A DNA stretch of 64,000 nt. It comes from an uncultured virus (IMG/VR IMGVR_UViG_2687453727_000003) (taxonomy: Duplodnaviria; Heunggongvirae; Uroviricota; Caudoviricetes). Of the stretch, positions 39,521 to 50,725 are shown piece by piece (the first letter of the stretch is position 1; each line of letters opens with the position of its first letter). The position numbers and the translations under genes were made by a program. Below the pieces are notes generated by a model. It made no database searches and was not told the origin of the DNA. It worked only from the letters and a program-made list of their open reading frames with translations. The stretch lies in the IMG/VR virus record IMGVR_UViG_2687453727_000003; one strand, 5' to 3'.

Positions 39521-40962
39521 TGGCAACAGGTAACTGGGATGAAAAAAATAAGCCAACTATACCTGGTTGGTATAACAGATTTAAGAATAAGGCACAAGAA
39601 AGAATTGGTACAGGTATCCATGGTATTTTAGCTATGCCGGTTAAAGCTAATTGGGGACCAGTTAATACTGTTACAGCTATAACGGTAACATCAACATCGG
39701 AAAACACACTTAAGAAAACATTTGGAGAAGATCCCAATTATACTGCATATAGATTAGGAAAATTAGCTTTACTTGGGCAGCCTAAAGCAGTTTTATTTTA
39801 TAGACTTGTAGATGGATCACAAAAGACTGCTACTTTAACTCTTAAGAATAATGCATCAACACCTGTAGATGTAATTAAACTTGAGACTAAGTATCCAACT
39901 ACAAGAAAGTTCAATGTTACTATTCGAAATAATATAGCTGATTCATCTAAAGTAGATTTTATATTGTATGAAGGAGCAACTCAATTATTTTCTATGAGCG
40001 CAATAAGTGGAGCTATAGATGATGTAATTTCAGCTATTAATTCAAATATAGAGAATGAATACCTTATTGCAACTAAAATTTCAGGAGCTACAGGAACAAT
40101 AGGCAATGTAGCAAACCAAGCTTTAACAGGTGGAAATGATGGTACAGCTGGAATAACAAATGCACATTATTTGGAGGCAATGAGTGCATTCGAAGGATAT
40201 GGTATGGATGGATTCACATTAGATGGCACATCAGATCAATCACTTCAAGCAAGTGTAAAGGCTTGGGTAATTAAAAATAAAGAAGAAGGAACAAATATAA
40301 TTGCTTTTGTTGGTGGACCACAAAGCAATTATTCATTAGAACAGGCTAATAGTAGATCAAAAGAATTTAATCATGAAGATATAGTTAATGTATTTGCTAC
40401 AAGTGCTACTTATGATGGAAATACATATACAAGTGCAGAAGTAGCAGTTTATATAGCGGCATTAGCAACAGCAACAGGATTAAAAGACAGTATATGTAAT
40501 GCAGTTACTATCTTTGATGATATACAACCTAGACTTAATAAAACGGATACTGCAGCAGCACTAGCAGCAGGAACGTTAGTACTATCAAAAGATGCTGATG
40601 ATGTTATTGTAGTTGACGATGTTAATACCTTTAAGAATTATACAGATGATAAGACAGAGGTATTTGGAAGTATAAGGGCAATAAAGTTTATGAATGCTGT
40701 AGATGGTGATACATCACTTAAGAGAAAAGATTTCGTAGGAAAAGTTACTAATGATGATACAGGTAGAACATTAATAATCATAGCTTTAAAGCAATACTTT
40801 GAGACTTTAGTTGCAGCAGGTGTAATTAAAGATGATTTTACGGTTGAGATTGATACGGAATTACAAGCAAATGCCAAGTCAGATGAATTCTTTTGGAAAT
40901 GGGATGCTACTTATCTTGATGTTATTAAAAGAGTTTATGGTACTGGAAATGTTACGAAATAG
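39520..40962 (+). CDS. Tail sheath protein (XkdK-like)
   Basis: PGWYNRF, WGP, LTGGNDG, GKVTND motifs. Confidence 0.92.
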   Translation: MATGNWDEKNKPTIPGWYNRFKNKAQERIGTGIHGILAMPVKANWGPVNTVTAITVTSTSENTLKKTFGEDPNYTAYRLGKLALLGQPKAVLFYRLVDGSQKTATLTLKNNASTPVDVIKLETKYPTTRKFNVTIRNNIADSSKVDFILYEGATQLFSMSAISGAIDDVISAINSNIENEYLIATKISGATGTIGNVANQALTGGNDGTAGITNAHYLEAMSAFEGYGMDGFTLDGTSDQSLQASVKAWVIKNKEEGTNIIAFVGGPQSNYSLEQANSRSKEFNHEDIVNVFATSATYDGNTYTSAEVAVYIAALATATGLKDSICNAVTIFDDIQPRLNKTDTAAALAAGTLVLSKDADDVIVVDDVNTFKNYTDDKTEVFGSIRAIKFMNAVDGDTSLKRKDFVGKVTNDDTGRTLIIIALKQYFETLVAAGVIKDDFTVEIDTELQANAKSDEFFWKWDATYLDVIKRVYGTGNVTK

Positions 40963-40981
40963 GAAAGGCGAGGTGATATAA

Positions 40982-41398
40982 ATGAATGATGTATTAGATG
41001 CGAGCAGAGTTTGCTCTGGAACTTATGGCAAAATTTATCTTGATGGTAAATGGCATAACAACGTTAGTGAATGTACTGCTGATGTTGAAACAGATATGAA
41101 ATCAATTATTACATGTGGAAGTGAATGGGAGGATAATAAAGCTGGAGCTAAAAAAGGTTCAGGAACTATAAAAGGTTATAAAGTTACATCAGACATGATT
41201 AAGCAGGGCTTTAAGAAGTTTGAATTACTTGCAGAGTTAGATGATCCAGAAGCTTACGGAGCTGAAAGAATTAGATTAAAAAATTGTAAAGCTAGTAAAG
41301 TTAGTTTAGTTAACTTTAAAGCTGGTGATATCTGTGAAACAGAAACACCATTTGTATTTAGTGGATATGAGCTTGTAGATCCAATAGAAGCTGAATAA
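40982..41398 (+). CDS. Tail tube protein (XkdM-like)
   Basis: GTYGKIYLDG, LDDPEAYGAERI, ETPFVF motifs. Confidence 0.92.
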   Translation: MNDVLDASRVCSGTYGKIYLDGKWHNNVSECTADVETDMKSIITCGSEWEDNKAGAKKGSGTIKGYKVTSDMIKQGFKKFELLAELDDPEAYGAERIRLKNCKASKVSLVNFKAGDICETETPFVFSGYELVDPIEAE

Positions 41399-41469
41399 AA
41401 TATAAGGCCAAGCAAGGGGCATTGTACCTTGCAATTATTATATATTTAATTTTTAGGAGGAATTTTATT

Positions 41470-41901
41470 ATGAAGAAGAATGAAAAAGACGAAGTATTAG
41501 CAATGAAGGAAGAGGATATATTAGCAAAGTTGCTTGAGACACATGACGTTCCTACAGCTAATATCCAAGTGCCAAGATTAGGAATAGCAATTGACTTAAA
41601 AGGACTAACTGAAAAAGAAATTAGCGGAATAAGAGAAGAATGTACAACTAGAAGAAAAATAAATGGGAAAATTGAAACAAAATTAAATAATGCTGATTTT
41701 GATGCTGCACTTATTATAGGGGCTACAACTAACTTCAATTGGAATAATCCAAAGTTAATAGAGCCACTTAAGCTTAGTGATGGTAAAGCATATATAAGAA
41801 AAAAACTTTTAGCAGGTGAAATATCATTCTTGGCCAATAAAGTGTTGGAGCTAAGCGGATTTAATGATGAACTAGAGGAAAAAGAAGATATAAAAAACTA
41901 A
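41470..41901 (+). CDS. Tail assembly chaperone (XkdN-like) with -1 frameshift extension to 42077
   Basis: LLAGE..LSGF..KN C-terminus; A AAA AAC just before the stop; the -1 frame is open to 42077. Confidence 0.85.
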   Translation: MKKNEKDEVLAMKEEDILAKLLETHDVPTANIQVPRLGIAIDLKGLTEKEISGIREECTTRRKINGKIETKLNNADFDAALIIGATTNFNWNNPKLIEPLKLSDGKAYIRKKLLAGEISFLANKVLELSGFNDELEEKEDIKN

Positions 41902-42073
41902 TAAGTTGGGGCGGAGATATAACTGCACTGTATAATTTATTCTCAATGCATAATATCTGCCCTGACGAGTTTTATGGTGTGGAAAGAAATGATATGGCTA
42001 GGAGGTTAATCTTAGCCTTTTCTTCATATGAGGTAGAGCAAAATAATAAAAGAACTACCCAAAAAGCTGGGAG

Positions 42074-45000
42074 GTGATAATTCTGGCTAATAAAGAAGTA
42101 TACAGGCTTGATATAAAAGTTGGAGTTTCAGGAGACTCAGAATCAAAAAACAAACTTACTGCAGTTGAAAAAATGACTCAACAAATAGAGAAGAAAACAA
42201 AGGCGTTAAGTAAAATAACCGCTAATGCTACTGCAAAGCTTAAAGACGAGGCATCAAGTAAAATAGAAAGGTTAGAGTCTAAGGTTAACAAATTAAAAAG
42301 CACTAGTATGACTTTAACAGCAAAAATCAAGGATGAAGCTTCATCAACAGTAGATAAAATACAAAGCAAAACAAAAAAGATAAAGCAGGCAAATGTAGTA
42401 GTTAAAGCTAAAGATGAAGCTAGTAAAGTTATAACCGGAATTGAAAATAAAATAAATGGATGGATTAAGACAGGGGCTAAAAAGGTAATATCTATTGGAA
42501 CTGCAGGTGTAATAGCCGCAGGGGGAATAGGTCTTGGCACATCGATAAAAACTTACTCAGAATATGAAAAGGGATTATCGAACGTTAAGGCAGTAACCAA
42601 TGCAACTAATTCACAGATGGAGCAGTTAGATGCTGCAGCTAAGAAGTTTGGTTCTACAACTGCATGGAGTGCTAGACATGTTACACAAGCTGAAGAATTA
42701 TTAGGGCAGGCAGGATTCAGTGTTAATGAAACAATAAGTGCATTACCAGGCTTATTAAATCTTGCAAGTGCAGGAGATCTTGATTTAGCATCAGCTACAG
42801 ATATAGCATCAGGAACGTTGAGAGCTTTTAATATAAATGCTAGTCAATCAGGTCATGTAGCAGATGTATTAGCTTTATCAGCCAGTGCTACAAACTCAGA
42901 TGTATCAGATCTTGGCGAGACGATGAAATATGTAGCTCCAGTTTCACAGGCGCTAGGAATAAGCCTTGAAGATACTGCTGCAGCTGCAGGTTTATTGAGT
43001 AACGCAAACATTAAAGGAAGTCAAGCTGGAACTGTTTTAAGGCAAACAATGGCTAGGCTTGCGAGTCCGACTAAAGATGCAGCAGATATGATGTCAATGT
43101 ATGGAATTAATGCCTTTGATGCACATGGTAATATGAAACCTTTAAGCGATGTTGTAGATAACTTAAATGGTTCATTAGGAAAGCTAACAAGTCAAAAGAG
43201 AGCAGATGTAATAAGTACAATATTTGGTACAGAATCTATGTCTGGAGTACTTGCATTAATGAATCAAGGCGGTAAGAGCGTTAGTGAATTAAGTAGGCAA
43301 CTTAAAGATGCTAATGGAGCTGCACAAAAAATGTCCGATACAAAACTTGATAATTTGCAAGGACAATGGATTAAGCTTAAAGCAGCAGTTGAACATATGC
43401 AAATTACTTTAGGTGAGAAGTTGGCACCATATGCTAAGCAATTTGTAACATGGTTAACTGGTAAAATGCCAACAATTACAGATAAGATTGTTGAAATGGT
43501 TGATTACGTAAGTAAACATACTGAAGAAATTAAATCACTAGCAGAAATAGTAATAGGGTTAGGTGCTGCATTTACAGCTTTGAGTGTAGCTGGGAAAATA
43601 GGTAATACAATTTCAGGAATTAGTAGTTTAGTAGGAATATTTAAAGGCGCTAAGATATCTACAGAAATAGCTGAAGCAGCAGGAGAAATTTCAAAATTAG
43701 GTGTAGTAGGCAAGTTATTACCTGCAATATTTACTCCAGCAGGTCTTGCAATAGCTGCATCGGTTGCACTTATTGGGACAGCAACAGTTGCGCAAAGCAA
43801 TCTCATGAAGAAGAGTGTTACAACCACTACAGAAGAATTAGGGCCTATGGAAAAAGTAATGAATGCATTAAACGGCCATATAAACAAGTCAAAGAAAGAG
43901 ATGGTTGAAGCAGGTCTTATTTATGATGATTTTGGAGAAGGCATTTCAGATAGTTTTAAAAAAGGTGCTCAAGATGCATCAAAGAGTTTATTAGGAATTG
44001 AAATGGATATAAATAGGTTAACTAATAGCGGGAATATGGATGAATCTAGCCTTAATAAGTTAAAGAACTATGTAAATGATTATGCATATGAAAGTATTAA
44101 TGCAATGAAAGATCAGAAATCTAAAATTCAGGGTGAATTCCAGAAAACTTTCAGTATAGATGGAGTTACAAGTGATACTGAACAAAAAGTGATGGATTCT
44201 TTAAATACTTATTTTGAGACAGGTATAAATAAAGAACTTGATATAAGAGATGGCATTTATCAATTTGCAAGTGATAAAATAAAAGAACATGGAACGCTTT
44301 TGGATGAAGATCTTAAAGAAATACAAGACAGATTAGCTAAAGCGAAAGCTCTTGAGTTAGAATACACTAAAGCACAAAATGCTTATGATGCGGAATATTC
44401 GAAGAATCAATTTACAAATGATGCAAGCAGGGTAACTGGCATAGATGGTGCGAGTGAATTATTGCAGAATAGAGCGAAAGACCACCAAGATTCCTTAGAT
44501 AAAATAGAAAATAATTATCAAGGTACATTAGCTTATTATGATTCGTTGTTATCAAATACAGATTTATCAGATCAGCAAAGAGAAGATTTTCAAAAAGGCA
44601 AAGATGAGGCAGGCAAAGCAAGAGACGAAGCACTAAAGAAAGCACAACTTGATTGGAAATCAGATCTTGAAACATTGTATAAAGCATATCCACAGGCACA
44701 AGGAATGTTTAATGAAAAAACTGGAGCTAAGTTTAGTGATGAAGATATAGTCGCACATAAGGGTACAGATTACTTAAAAAGCCATTTCCAAAACTTGGAC
44801 CAAGTTACTCAAGAAGGTTGGTATAGGATTAAGAATACTACAAGTGGGGAAATGGAAGATATTTATGCTACAGTTGATAAAGATACTGGAGAAATCAATG
44901 GAGCATGGAGTAAAACTGCTGGATGGTCTGGTGGATATACTGATGAGCTGAAGCAAAAAGTAAAAGAGCTTGGGGAAACACATGAGTCAGAGAGAGTAAG

Positions 45001-45799
45001 AATACAAAATTCGTTAAGCACACTTACTGGTAGTACATTAGATTCTAATAATCAAGTAATTAGCTCAACGGGAGATGTGATTGGCCAATTAAAAGGTGTT
45101 CAAGGCGCTACAGATGGAGCAATTACAGGAATAATAGATATAAATGGAACACACATGCAGATAACTTCCAATGCCTCAGGGCAAATAACAACTATGCAAC
45201 AATATAAAGGATCAATAGATGATATTCCTCCTGATGCAGATGTTCATATTAATAGCAATGCTAGTAATACTATATCAGATATGCAAAAGGTAAAAGAAGA
45301 AGTTAATAGTGTTGATGGTAAGGCTGCAACAGTAACTATAAATACCGTATTTTCAGGTGTAGCAACTAGTCTTGGTCAAGTATTAGGAAATGGTGCAGTA
45401 AATGCAGCATCAGAAGTTATAAAGAATATACCACAACATTATAATGGTACAGATAATGCAGAATCCGGAATAAATTCGGTTGGAGAACGTGGAATGGAAC
45501 TAGTATTAGGAAGAAGGCTCTATAATTTCAAAGGTGGAGAAAAAGTCTTAAATAATAGTCAAACTGTCAATTTATTAAAAGCCAGAAATAAACAAGATAA
45601 TGAACCATTTCAAGTTAAGCAAGGACAATATAAGTTAGCTCAACCACAACAAGTACAAGTTGTCGGCGGAAATGGAAATTCTATTCAAGTTGATGTACAA
45701 GTTAATAGTGGAAATCAAGATGTTGAAAAATTAATTGTAGAAGTAACATATGAAGTGGGGAGAAAACTTAAAGAAGCTTTGATAAACATTAAAAAGTAA
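42074..45799 (+). CDS. Tail tape measure protein (TP901-type core)
   Basis: 1241 aa; LGETMKYVAP, GSQAGT, TIFGTE motifs. The real start may be CTG at 42083. Confidence 0.95.
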   Translation: MIILANKEVYRLDIKVGVSGDSESKNKLTAVEKMTQQIEKKTKALSKITANATAKLKDEASSKIERLESKVNKLKSTSMTLTAKIKDEASSTVDKIQSKTKKIKQANVVVKAKDEASKVITGIENKINGWIKTGAKKVISIGTAGVIAAGGIGLGTSIKTYSEYEKGLSNVKAVTNATNSQMEQLDAAAKKFGSTTAWSARHVTQAEELLGQAGFSVNETISALPGLLNLASAGDLDLASATDIASGTLRAFNINASQSGHVADVLALSASATNSDVSDLGETMKYVAPVSQALGISLEDTAAAAGLLSNANIKGSQAGTVLRQTMARLASPTKDAADMMSMYGINAFDAHGNMKPLSDVVDNLNGSLGKLTSQKRADVISTIFGTESMSGVLALMNQGGKSVSELSRQLKDANGAAQKMSDTKLDNLQGQWIKLKAAVEHMQITLGEKLAPYAKQFVTWLTGKMPTITDKIVEMVDYVSKHTEEIKSLAEIVIGLGAAFTALSVAGKIGNTISGISSLVGIFKGAKISTEIAEAAGEISKLGVVGKLLPAIFTPAGLAIAASVALIGTATVAQSNLMKKSVTTTTEELGPMEKVMNALNGHINKSKKEMVEAGLIYDDFGEGISDSFKKGAQDASKSLLGIEMDINRLTNSGNMDESSLNKLKNYVNDYAYESINAMKDQKSKIQGEFQKTFSIDGVTSDTEQKVMDSLNTYFETGINKELDIRDGIYQFASDKIKEHGTLLDEDLKEIQDRLAKAKALELEYTKAQNAYDAEYSKNQFTNDASRVTGIDGASELLQNRAKDHQDSLDKIENNYQGTLAYYDSLLSNTDLSDQQREDFQKGKDEAGKARDEALKKAQLDWKSDLETLYKAYPQAQGMFNEKTGAKFSDEDIVAHKGTDYLKSHFQNLDQVTQEGWYRIKNTTSGEMEDIYATVDKDTGEINGAWSKTAGWSGGYTDELKQKVKELGETHESERVRIQNSLSTLTGSTLDSNNQVISSTGDVIGQLKGVQGATDGAITGIIDINGTHMQITSNASGQITTMQQYKGSIDDIPPDADVHINSNASNTISDMQKVKEEVNSVDGKAATVTINTVFSGVATSLGQVLGNGAVNAASEVIKNIPQHYNGTDNAESGINSVGERGMELVLGRRLYNFKGGEKVLNNSQTVNLLKARNKQDNEPFQVKQGQYKLAQPQQVQVVGGNGNSIQVDVQVNSGNQDVEKLIVEVTYEVGRKLKEALINIKK

Positions 45800-45843
45800 A
45801 TGAATTCATGGTATACTTTGGCATAAGGGAGGGAGTATCTACA

Positions 45844-46197
45844 GTAAATGAAAGACAATAGGAATTATCTGATAGAACAATACCTATAATCGTACAGTAC
45901 AATGATAATCCAGTAGTTAACTTAGAAAAAAGAACTAAGATTAAAAATCATATGAATTCTGTGTCAGAAATGAAGGCAGATGCAAGAAGAGAAGTTGCAA
46001 ACCAAATATCACAATAAAAAGTGAAGGTATATCAACCCCAACTAGCAGTTGCAGGTAGTAGTAATAGATTTAGTTTTAATATGGGAGGAATAAACATAAA
46101 TAATATGCCAGATAAAGCAGCTATTGTCAAACAGGCAACTCAAGAATTCGCTAAGAAGTTTATGGAAGTATTGAATAATCAAGCATGGATGTTATAA
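45844..46197 (+). pseudogene. Degenerate remnant of an alternative tape-measure C-terminus
   Basis: VNERQ*EL..NLEKRTKIKNHMNS and ININ..AIVKQATQEFAKKFMEVL resemble the TMP end (VGERGMEL..KVLNNSQT, LIVEVTYEVGRKLKEAL). Confidence 0.5.
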
Positions 46198-46219
46198 TAT
46201 GGTACAAGGGGGAGCAATA

Positions 46220-47038
46220 ATGATAAAAAAAATATTGGGTATATTTAGTATTGTACTTATAACATGTTTTCTAATAAGTTGTGGTGCACCTAAATTATTA
46301 GATAAAACTGAAGAGGCAAATAGTTATGAAATGCAAAATGGGAAATGGAATTCAAAATATACTTATGTAAAAGATTGTAACGTTAAATTTATAACTTCAA
46401 ATTACAGATACGATAATGATATGTATGCTGATAAATTAACTATGTATGTTGAAGAAAATAATAATCTTGGTAAAGGGTATTTTGTTAAAATAATAGATAG
46501 TAATGATAATATTAAATCTAAACTAGGAGAATCTATAAAAACCGGCGATGAAATAAAAATATCAAAGGCTGAAGTTGAACCTAATTCTTTAAATAAATAT
46601 CCTGATAATGTATTATTATTAGCGACTGAGTCGAATATAGAATTGTTGAAAGAAAAGGAATCGAGCGTTTCAACAGACACTCATAATGATAACACTTCAT
46701 TAAACTATACTCTTGAGTTTGGAACATTAGTAGATGCTACTGTGAACAATAATGCATTAATAATTAAAGCTAAGATAAAACCTAGCGTTAGCAATAAAAC
46801 TACAATTGATCAGAATGGATTTAATGTTGAGGACTTAATAGTAAATCAAGGTGCGAGCAAATTTAATGAAATACAATACTGGGCTGTTGCAGATATGACT
46901 GATGGATCAGAATCTAAAGTAGTATCATTTAAAGTAAATAAAGATTTAATAAATAAGATAAACAATAAGAATATGTTTGGTAATCAAATTATTGATTATG
47001 CTGGTGATGTGTGGATATTGCCAAGCCTAAAAAATTAA
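46220..47038 (+). CDS. Lipoprotein moron
   Basis: Lipobox LISC; own TGTTATAAT promoter and terminator at about 47053. Confidence 0.8.
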   Translation: MIKKILGIFSIVLITCFLISCGAPKLLDKTEEANSYEMQNGKWNSKYTYVKDCNVKFITSNYRYDNDMYADKLTMYVEENNNLGKGYFVKIIDSNDNIKSKLGESIKTGDEIKISKAEVEPNSLNKYPDNVLLLATESNIELLKEKESSVSTDTHNDNTSLNYTLEFGTLVDATVNNNALIIKAKIKPSVSNKTTIDQNGFNVEDLIVNQGASKFNEIQYWAVADMTDGSESKVVSFKVNKDLINKINNKNMFGNQIIDYAGDVWILPSLKN

Positions 47039-47133
47039 AATTAAAGGCAAAAAAAGCATTTAGTAAGCTAGATGCTTTTTCTTATGCTTAAAATTATGGA
47101 AAGGGCTATACACAAGGTAGAGGAGTTGGTTAA

Positions 47134-47820
47134 TTGGATGTATATTTAAAGGATGAATCAAAAAATTATACTCTACAGTTTCCTGTTAATCCACTAGATA
47201 AGATATCTAATCCAAAAGAGAAAAAATATATAACAGCAGATATTATAGATTTTGGAGAAGTTGATATTTCTCAAAAGGGAAGCAAAATAAGAGAAATAAG
47301 TTTTAATTCATTATTCCCAAAAGAATATGACTCTTACTGTAGATATGTTCCGAATATGATGCCTATTGATTATGTTAATACAATTCAGTTTTGGATAGAT
47401 GCAGATGTACCAGTCAGGCTTATAATAACAGATTTAAATATAAATGAATTAGTTAATATAAGTAAGTTTGAACCAGAAGTACGAGGCGGAGAAGTAGATG
47501 ATATTTACTTTAGTATTACTTTCAGGACTTATAGGGAATTGAAAATTGAAACAGTAAACAACTCTTCAAGTTCTTATTCAGGTGGACTTCAGGATAATAG
47601 GTCAGATAATAGTTCAAGTCAATATGTAGATGGAGATGTAGTCAAAGTAACTGCAAGTGCATTGAATGTAAGAGATGGTCCAGGAACTGATAATAATATT
47701 ATTGGAATTGTTTATAATGGTGAACAATTAACTATATTCAGACAGTATGGCAATTGGGCCGATACCTATTTTGGGGATTGTGGAGGTTATGTATGCTTAG
47801 ACTATGTAACAAAGGTGTGA
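47134..47820 (+). CDS. XkdP-like tail tube initiator with C-terminal SH3b domain
   Basis: FPVNP, SLFP and DIYFSITF motifs; ALNVRDGPGT..GYV SH3b. Confidence 0.85.
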   Translation: MDVYLKDESKNYTLQFPVNPLDKISNPKEKKYITADIIDFGEVDISQKGSKIREISFNSLFPKEYDSYCRYVPNMMPIDYVNTIQFWIDADVPVRLIITDLNINELVNISKFEPEVRGGEVDDIYFSITFRTYRELKIETVNNSSSSYSGGLQDNRSDNSSSQYVDGDVVKVTASALNVRDGPGTDNNIIGIVYNGEQLTIFRQYGNWADTYFGDCGGYVCLDYVTKV

Positions 47821-47824
47821 TTGT

Positions 47825-48841
47825 ATGGAACTCGTTTTAAAAAATAAATATAAGATACAAATATTAAGTGAGTCTGTAACAGTTAAAGAAGCTATAGATG
47901 GGATAGCTTATACATTAAATATATCTCTCATAGAAACTCAAGAATTAGAAAGTATAGGTATTAATAAAGGGGATTCTATAGAGCTTTTTGATAATGAGTT
48001 TGGTAGTGGATCTTATACTCAAGTTTTTAACGGAATTATATGGGAGATAAATAAAAATAAAAAATCTAAGAAAATCACAATAACAGGAAAAGAAAGAACA
48101 GTTGTTATTGAAGAATCCGAGGATGAATACTTGTGGAGTGATGGACAGACAGCGTCACAAAGGACTAAGATAATTTGTGATGATTGGGGAATACCTATAG
48201 GTAATCTTATAGAGACTGGAACTGGGTTAGCTAAAGATAAAAGAAAAGAGTCTTTATATGGAATGATAAAGAAAGATTTAAAAGAGACTGCTCAAAAAGG
48301 TGGAGATCTTTATAAGCTAAGAATGAATACAAGTTTAGATATAATTAAGCTTGGATCAAATGAAACTATTTATAAATTAGATAATATCATTGAAGAGTTA
48401 GAAGAAAAAGATAGCTTAGACGGTGCAGTAACTCAAGTTAAAGTGCTTGGAAAAGAAGATACAAAGAAAAAAGGTAGAAAAAGCAAGTCTGATAGTTCTA
48501 GTAGTTCAGATGAGAAGGAGCTTGTATTGTCTCCGATTATAGGAGTATTTAAAAAGGATACCGAAACTTATGGAACATTACAAAAAATAGTAGATGATGA
48601 TAAAGTAGACGATTATGCTAAAGCACAAGCTAAAGCTAATTGTCTTTTTTCGTCTGGTGAATCAAGCAAAACAGTTAATTGCTGCAAAGATATAAATATT
48701 CTAAGAAGTGGAGATAAAGTCAGTATTTATGATGAAGAAGTGATTATAACTGATATAACTCATAATTTAGGTTCAGGAGCAAAAATGACGTTGACTGTTA
48801 TGAAAATTGATGATGTAAGGAGGAAATTCTATAGTGAGTAA
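47825..48841 (+). CDS. Baseplate hub protein (XkdQ-like)
   Basis: Position; TQVKVLG and YGTLQKI motifs. Confidence 0.85.
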   Translation: MELVLKNKYKIQILSESVTVKEAIDGIAYTLNISLIETQELESIGINKGDSIELFDNEFGSGSYTQVFNGIIWEINKNKKSKKITITGKERTVVIEESEDEYLWSDGQTASQRTKIICDDWGIPIGNLIETGTGLAKDKRKESLYGMIKKDLKETAQKGGDLYKLRMNTSLDIIKLGSNETIYKLDNIIEELEEKDSLDGAVTQVKVLGKEDTKKKGRKSKSDSSSSSDEKELVLSPIIGVFKKDTETYGTLQKIVDDDKVDDYAKAQAKANCLFSSGESSKTVNCCKDINILRSGDKVSIYDEEVIITDITHNLGSGAKMTLTVMKIDDVRRKFYSE

Positions 48842-49181
48842 TAATGATGGAGATGTATTTAATGAAATTAAAAGAATAATGGATAGCAATACACATGGAG
48901 CTATTAAAGGAGTTATAGAAGGAACTGGACTTACGTTAGGAAGTATAACGGAAACTGGCCTTAAGCTAGACAATTTCAAACATGAATTTACGGATTACAT
49001 GGTCTTAGATTATTTAAAATTGGAAGATAGCTATTCCACAGAATCAGCAGGTGATCCAAGTCATTCCCATGAAATTAAAACACCGAGTAATCTTACAAGA
49101 TTAAATATAGGAGATAAAGTTTTAGTTGCTCAATTTGGAGCTGATAATGTGGTTATAGGAAGGGTGGTTTCAAATGGCTGA
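48834..49181 (+). CDS. Baseplate spike-like protein (XkdR/DUF2577-like)
   Basis: L.IGDKVLV..VVIGRV; HSH motif. Confidence 0.75.
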   Translation: MSNNDGDVFNEIKRIMDSNTHGAIKGVIEGTGLTLGSITETGLKLDNFKHEFTDYMVLDYLKLEDSYSTESAGDPSHSHEIKTPSNLTRLNIGDKVLVAQFGADNVVIGRVVSNG

Positions 49182-49614
49182 TTTATTTCCAAGTGGAAGT
49201 TTGAAGGCAACTAACTTAGATAATGATTCATTAACTACTGAATTCAAAGGATCATATGCGATTAATTTTGATACTATGGAATTTATTAAAAATACTGATG
49301 GGACAATAAAAATACTTGATGCCTATGAAGCTTATATTCAATGGTGTCAGTTGGTTATGATGACTGCTAGATATAAATATAGAGCATATACCAGTAAGTT
49401 TGGTAGAGATATTATAGGTAAAATGATAGACCAAAAAGCTATGGAATTAGAACTTAAAAGAGTTACAACAGAGACGCTAATGGTTCATCCAATGACTTCA
49501 AGTGTGGATAATTTTATATTTACATGGGAAAATGGCGAAGTTTATTACACCTATGAAGTCACATCTACAAGTGGGCAGAGCACAGTTATTTCAAATACAG
49601 AAAAAGTGGGGTGA
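49174..49614 (+). CDS. Baseplate wedge protein (XkdS/DUF2634-like)
   Basis: QW..TARYKY..Y...FG; position. Confidence 0.82.
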   Translation: MADLFPSGSLKATNLDNDSLTTEFKGSYAINFDTMEFIKNTDGTIKILDAYEAYIQWCQLVMMTARYKYRAYTSKFGRDIIGKMIDQKAMELELKRVTTETLMVHPMTSSVDNFIFTWENGEVYYTYEVTSTSGQSTVISNTEKVG

Positions 49615-49621
49615 TTAAATT

Positions 49622-50725
49622 ATGTCGGATTTAATTCTTCCGGATTTTATAACAGAAAGTGCCGACGACATTCATGCTAGGATGATTGCTGAAGCTCCAG
49701 AGAATATTTCAACTATTGAAGGTGATATGTTTTGGAATTCAACAAGTCCAGTAGCTAAGGAAATAGCAAGAGCTAAAAATATAGCGCTTAAGAAAATTTT
49801 ATATTCAAGGTTTCCCCAAACAGCTAATGATGGTGACTTAGATTATTGTGGCGAAGAATCAGGAGTTAAAAGAAATGATGCTGATTATGCAATACAAAAG
49901 ATGCTATTTATCGGGTTGGAAGGTACTCCAATAGAAAAAGGTAGAATAGTTTGCACAGAAGCTACAGAAGAAAATGCATCAATTGAGTTTAGTATTTTAG
50001 ATACGGTTACTATAAATTCAACTGGCGAAGTTACTGTGAATGCAAAATGTACAATAGCGGGCACGATAGGAAATGTAGCTATAGGAGAAGTTAAAATATT
50101 AGCTAAATCTCTAAATGGAATTTCTAGTGTTTCAAATATAGAAATAATCCAAAAGGGCGTTGATAAAGAAGATAACGAAAGTTATAGACAACGAATATTA
50201 GAAAAAGACAGAAAGCCAATAACTAGTGGTAATAAATATCATTATGAGATGTGGGCTAAAGAAGTTGATGGAGTCGGAGCCGCTAAATGTATTCCTGCCC
50301 CTGGCAATGTAAAAGTAATAATTGCAGATGTAAATAAACATTCAGCTACAGCTGAACTTATTCAAAAAGTCTATAGCTATATAGATTCTGTAAGACCCGT
50401 TTTGGCAGGAACATTAACAGTTGTAAGTGCAGTTGAAAAGGCTATTAATGTGGCAGCTAATGTGCAGCTAGTAAAAGGATACAATCTAGGTACTGCTCAG
50501 AAAGAATTTGGCGATTCACTTGATAATTATTTAAAAGAAATTCCTTTTGATTCTACTAATACTGCTAATAACTATGTAAGTATAGCAAAGGCAGGGAATT
50601 TGCTTTTTAGCGTAACTGGTGTAATAGATCATGCTGATTTAAAAATTAATGGATTAACATCTAATATAAGTCTTGAAGATGAAGAAATTGCGGTTCTTGG
50701 AACTGTAAATTTAGGAGTGATGTAG
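49622..50725 (+). CDS. Baseplate J-like protein (XkdT)
   Basis: G.IGN, EDNESYRQR, GNKYHYEMWAKEVDGVG motifs. Confidence 0.92.
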   Translation: MSDLILPDFITESADDIHARMIAEAPENISTIEGDMFWNSTSPVAKEIARAKNIALKKILYSRFPQTANDGDLDYCGEESGVKRNDADYAIQKMLFIGLEGTPIEKGRIVCTEATEENASIEFSILDTVTINSTGEVTVNAKCTIAGTIGNVAIGEVKILAKSLNGISSVSNIEIIQKGVDKEDNESYRQRILEKDRKPITSGNKYHYEMWAKEVDGVGAAKCIPAPGNVKVIIADVNKHSATAELIQKVYSYIDSVRPVLAGTLTVVSAVEKAINVAANVQLVKGYNLGTAQKEFGDSLDNYLKEIPFDSTNTANNYVSIAKAGNLLFSVTGVIDHADLKINGLTSNISLEDEEIAVLGTVNLGVM

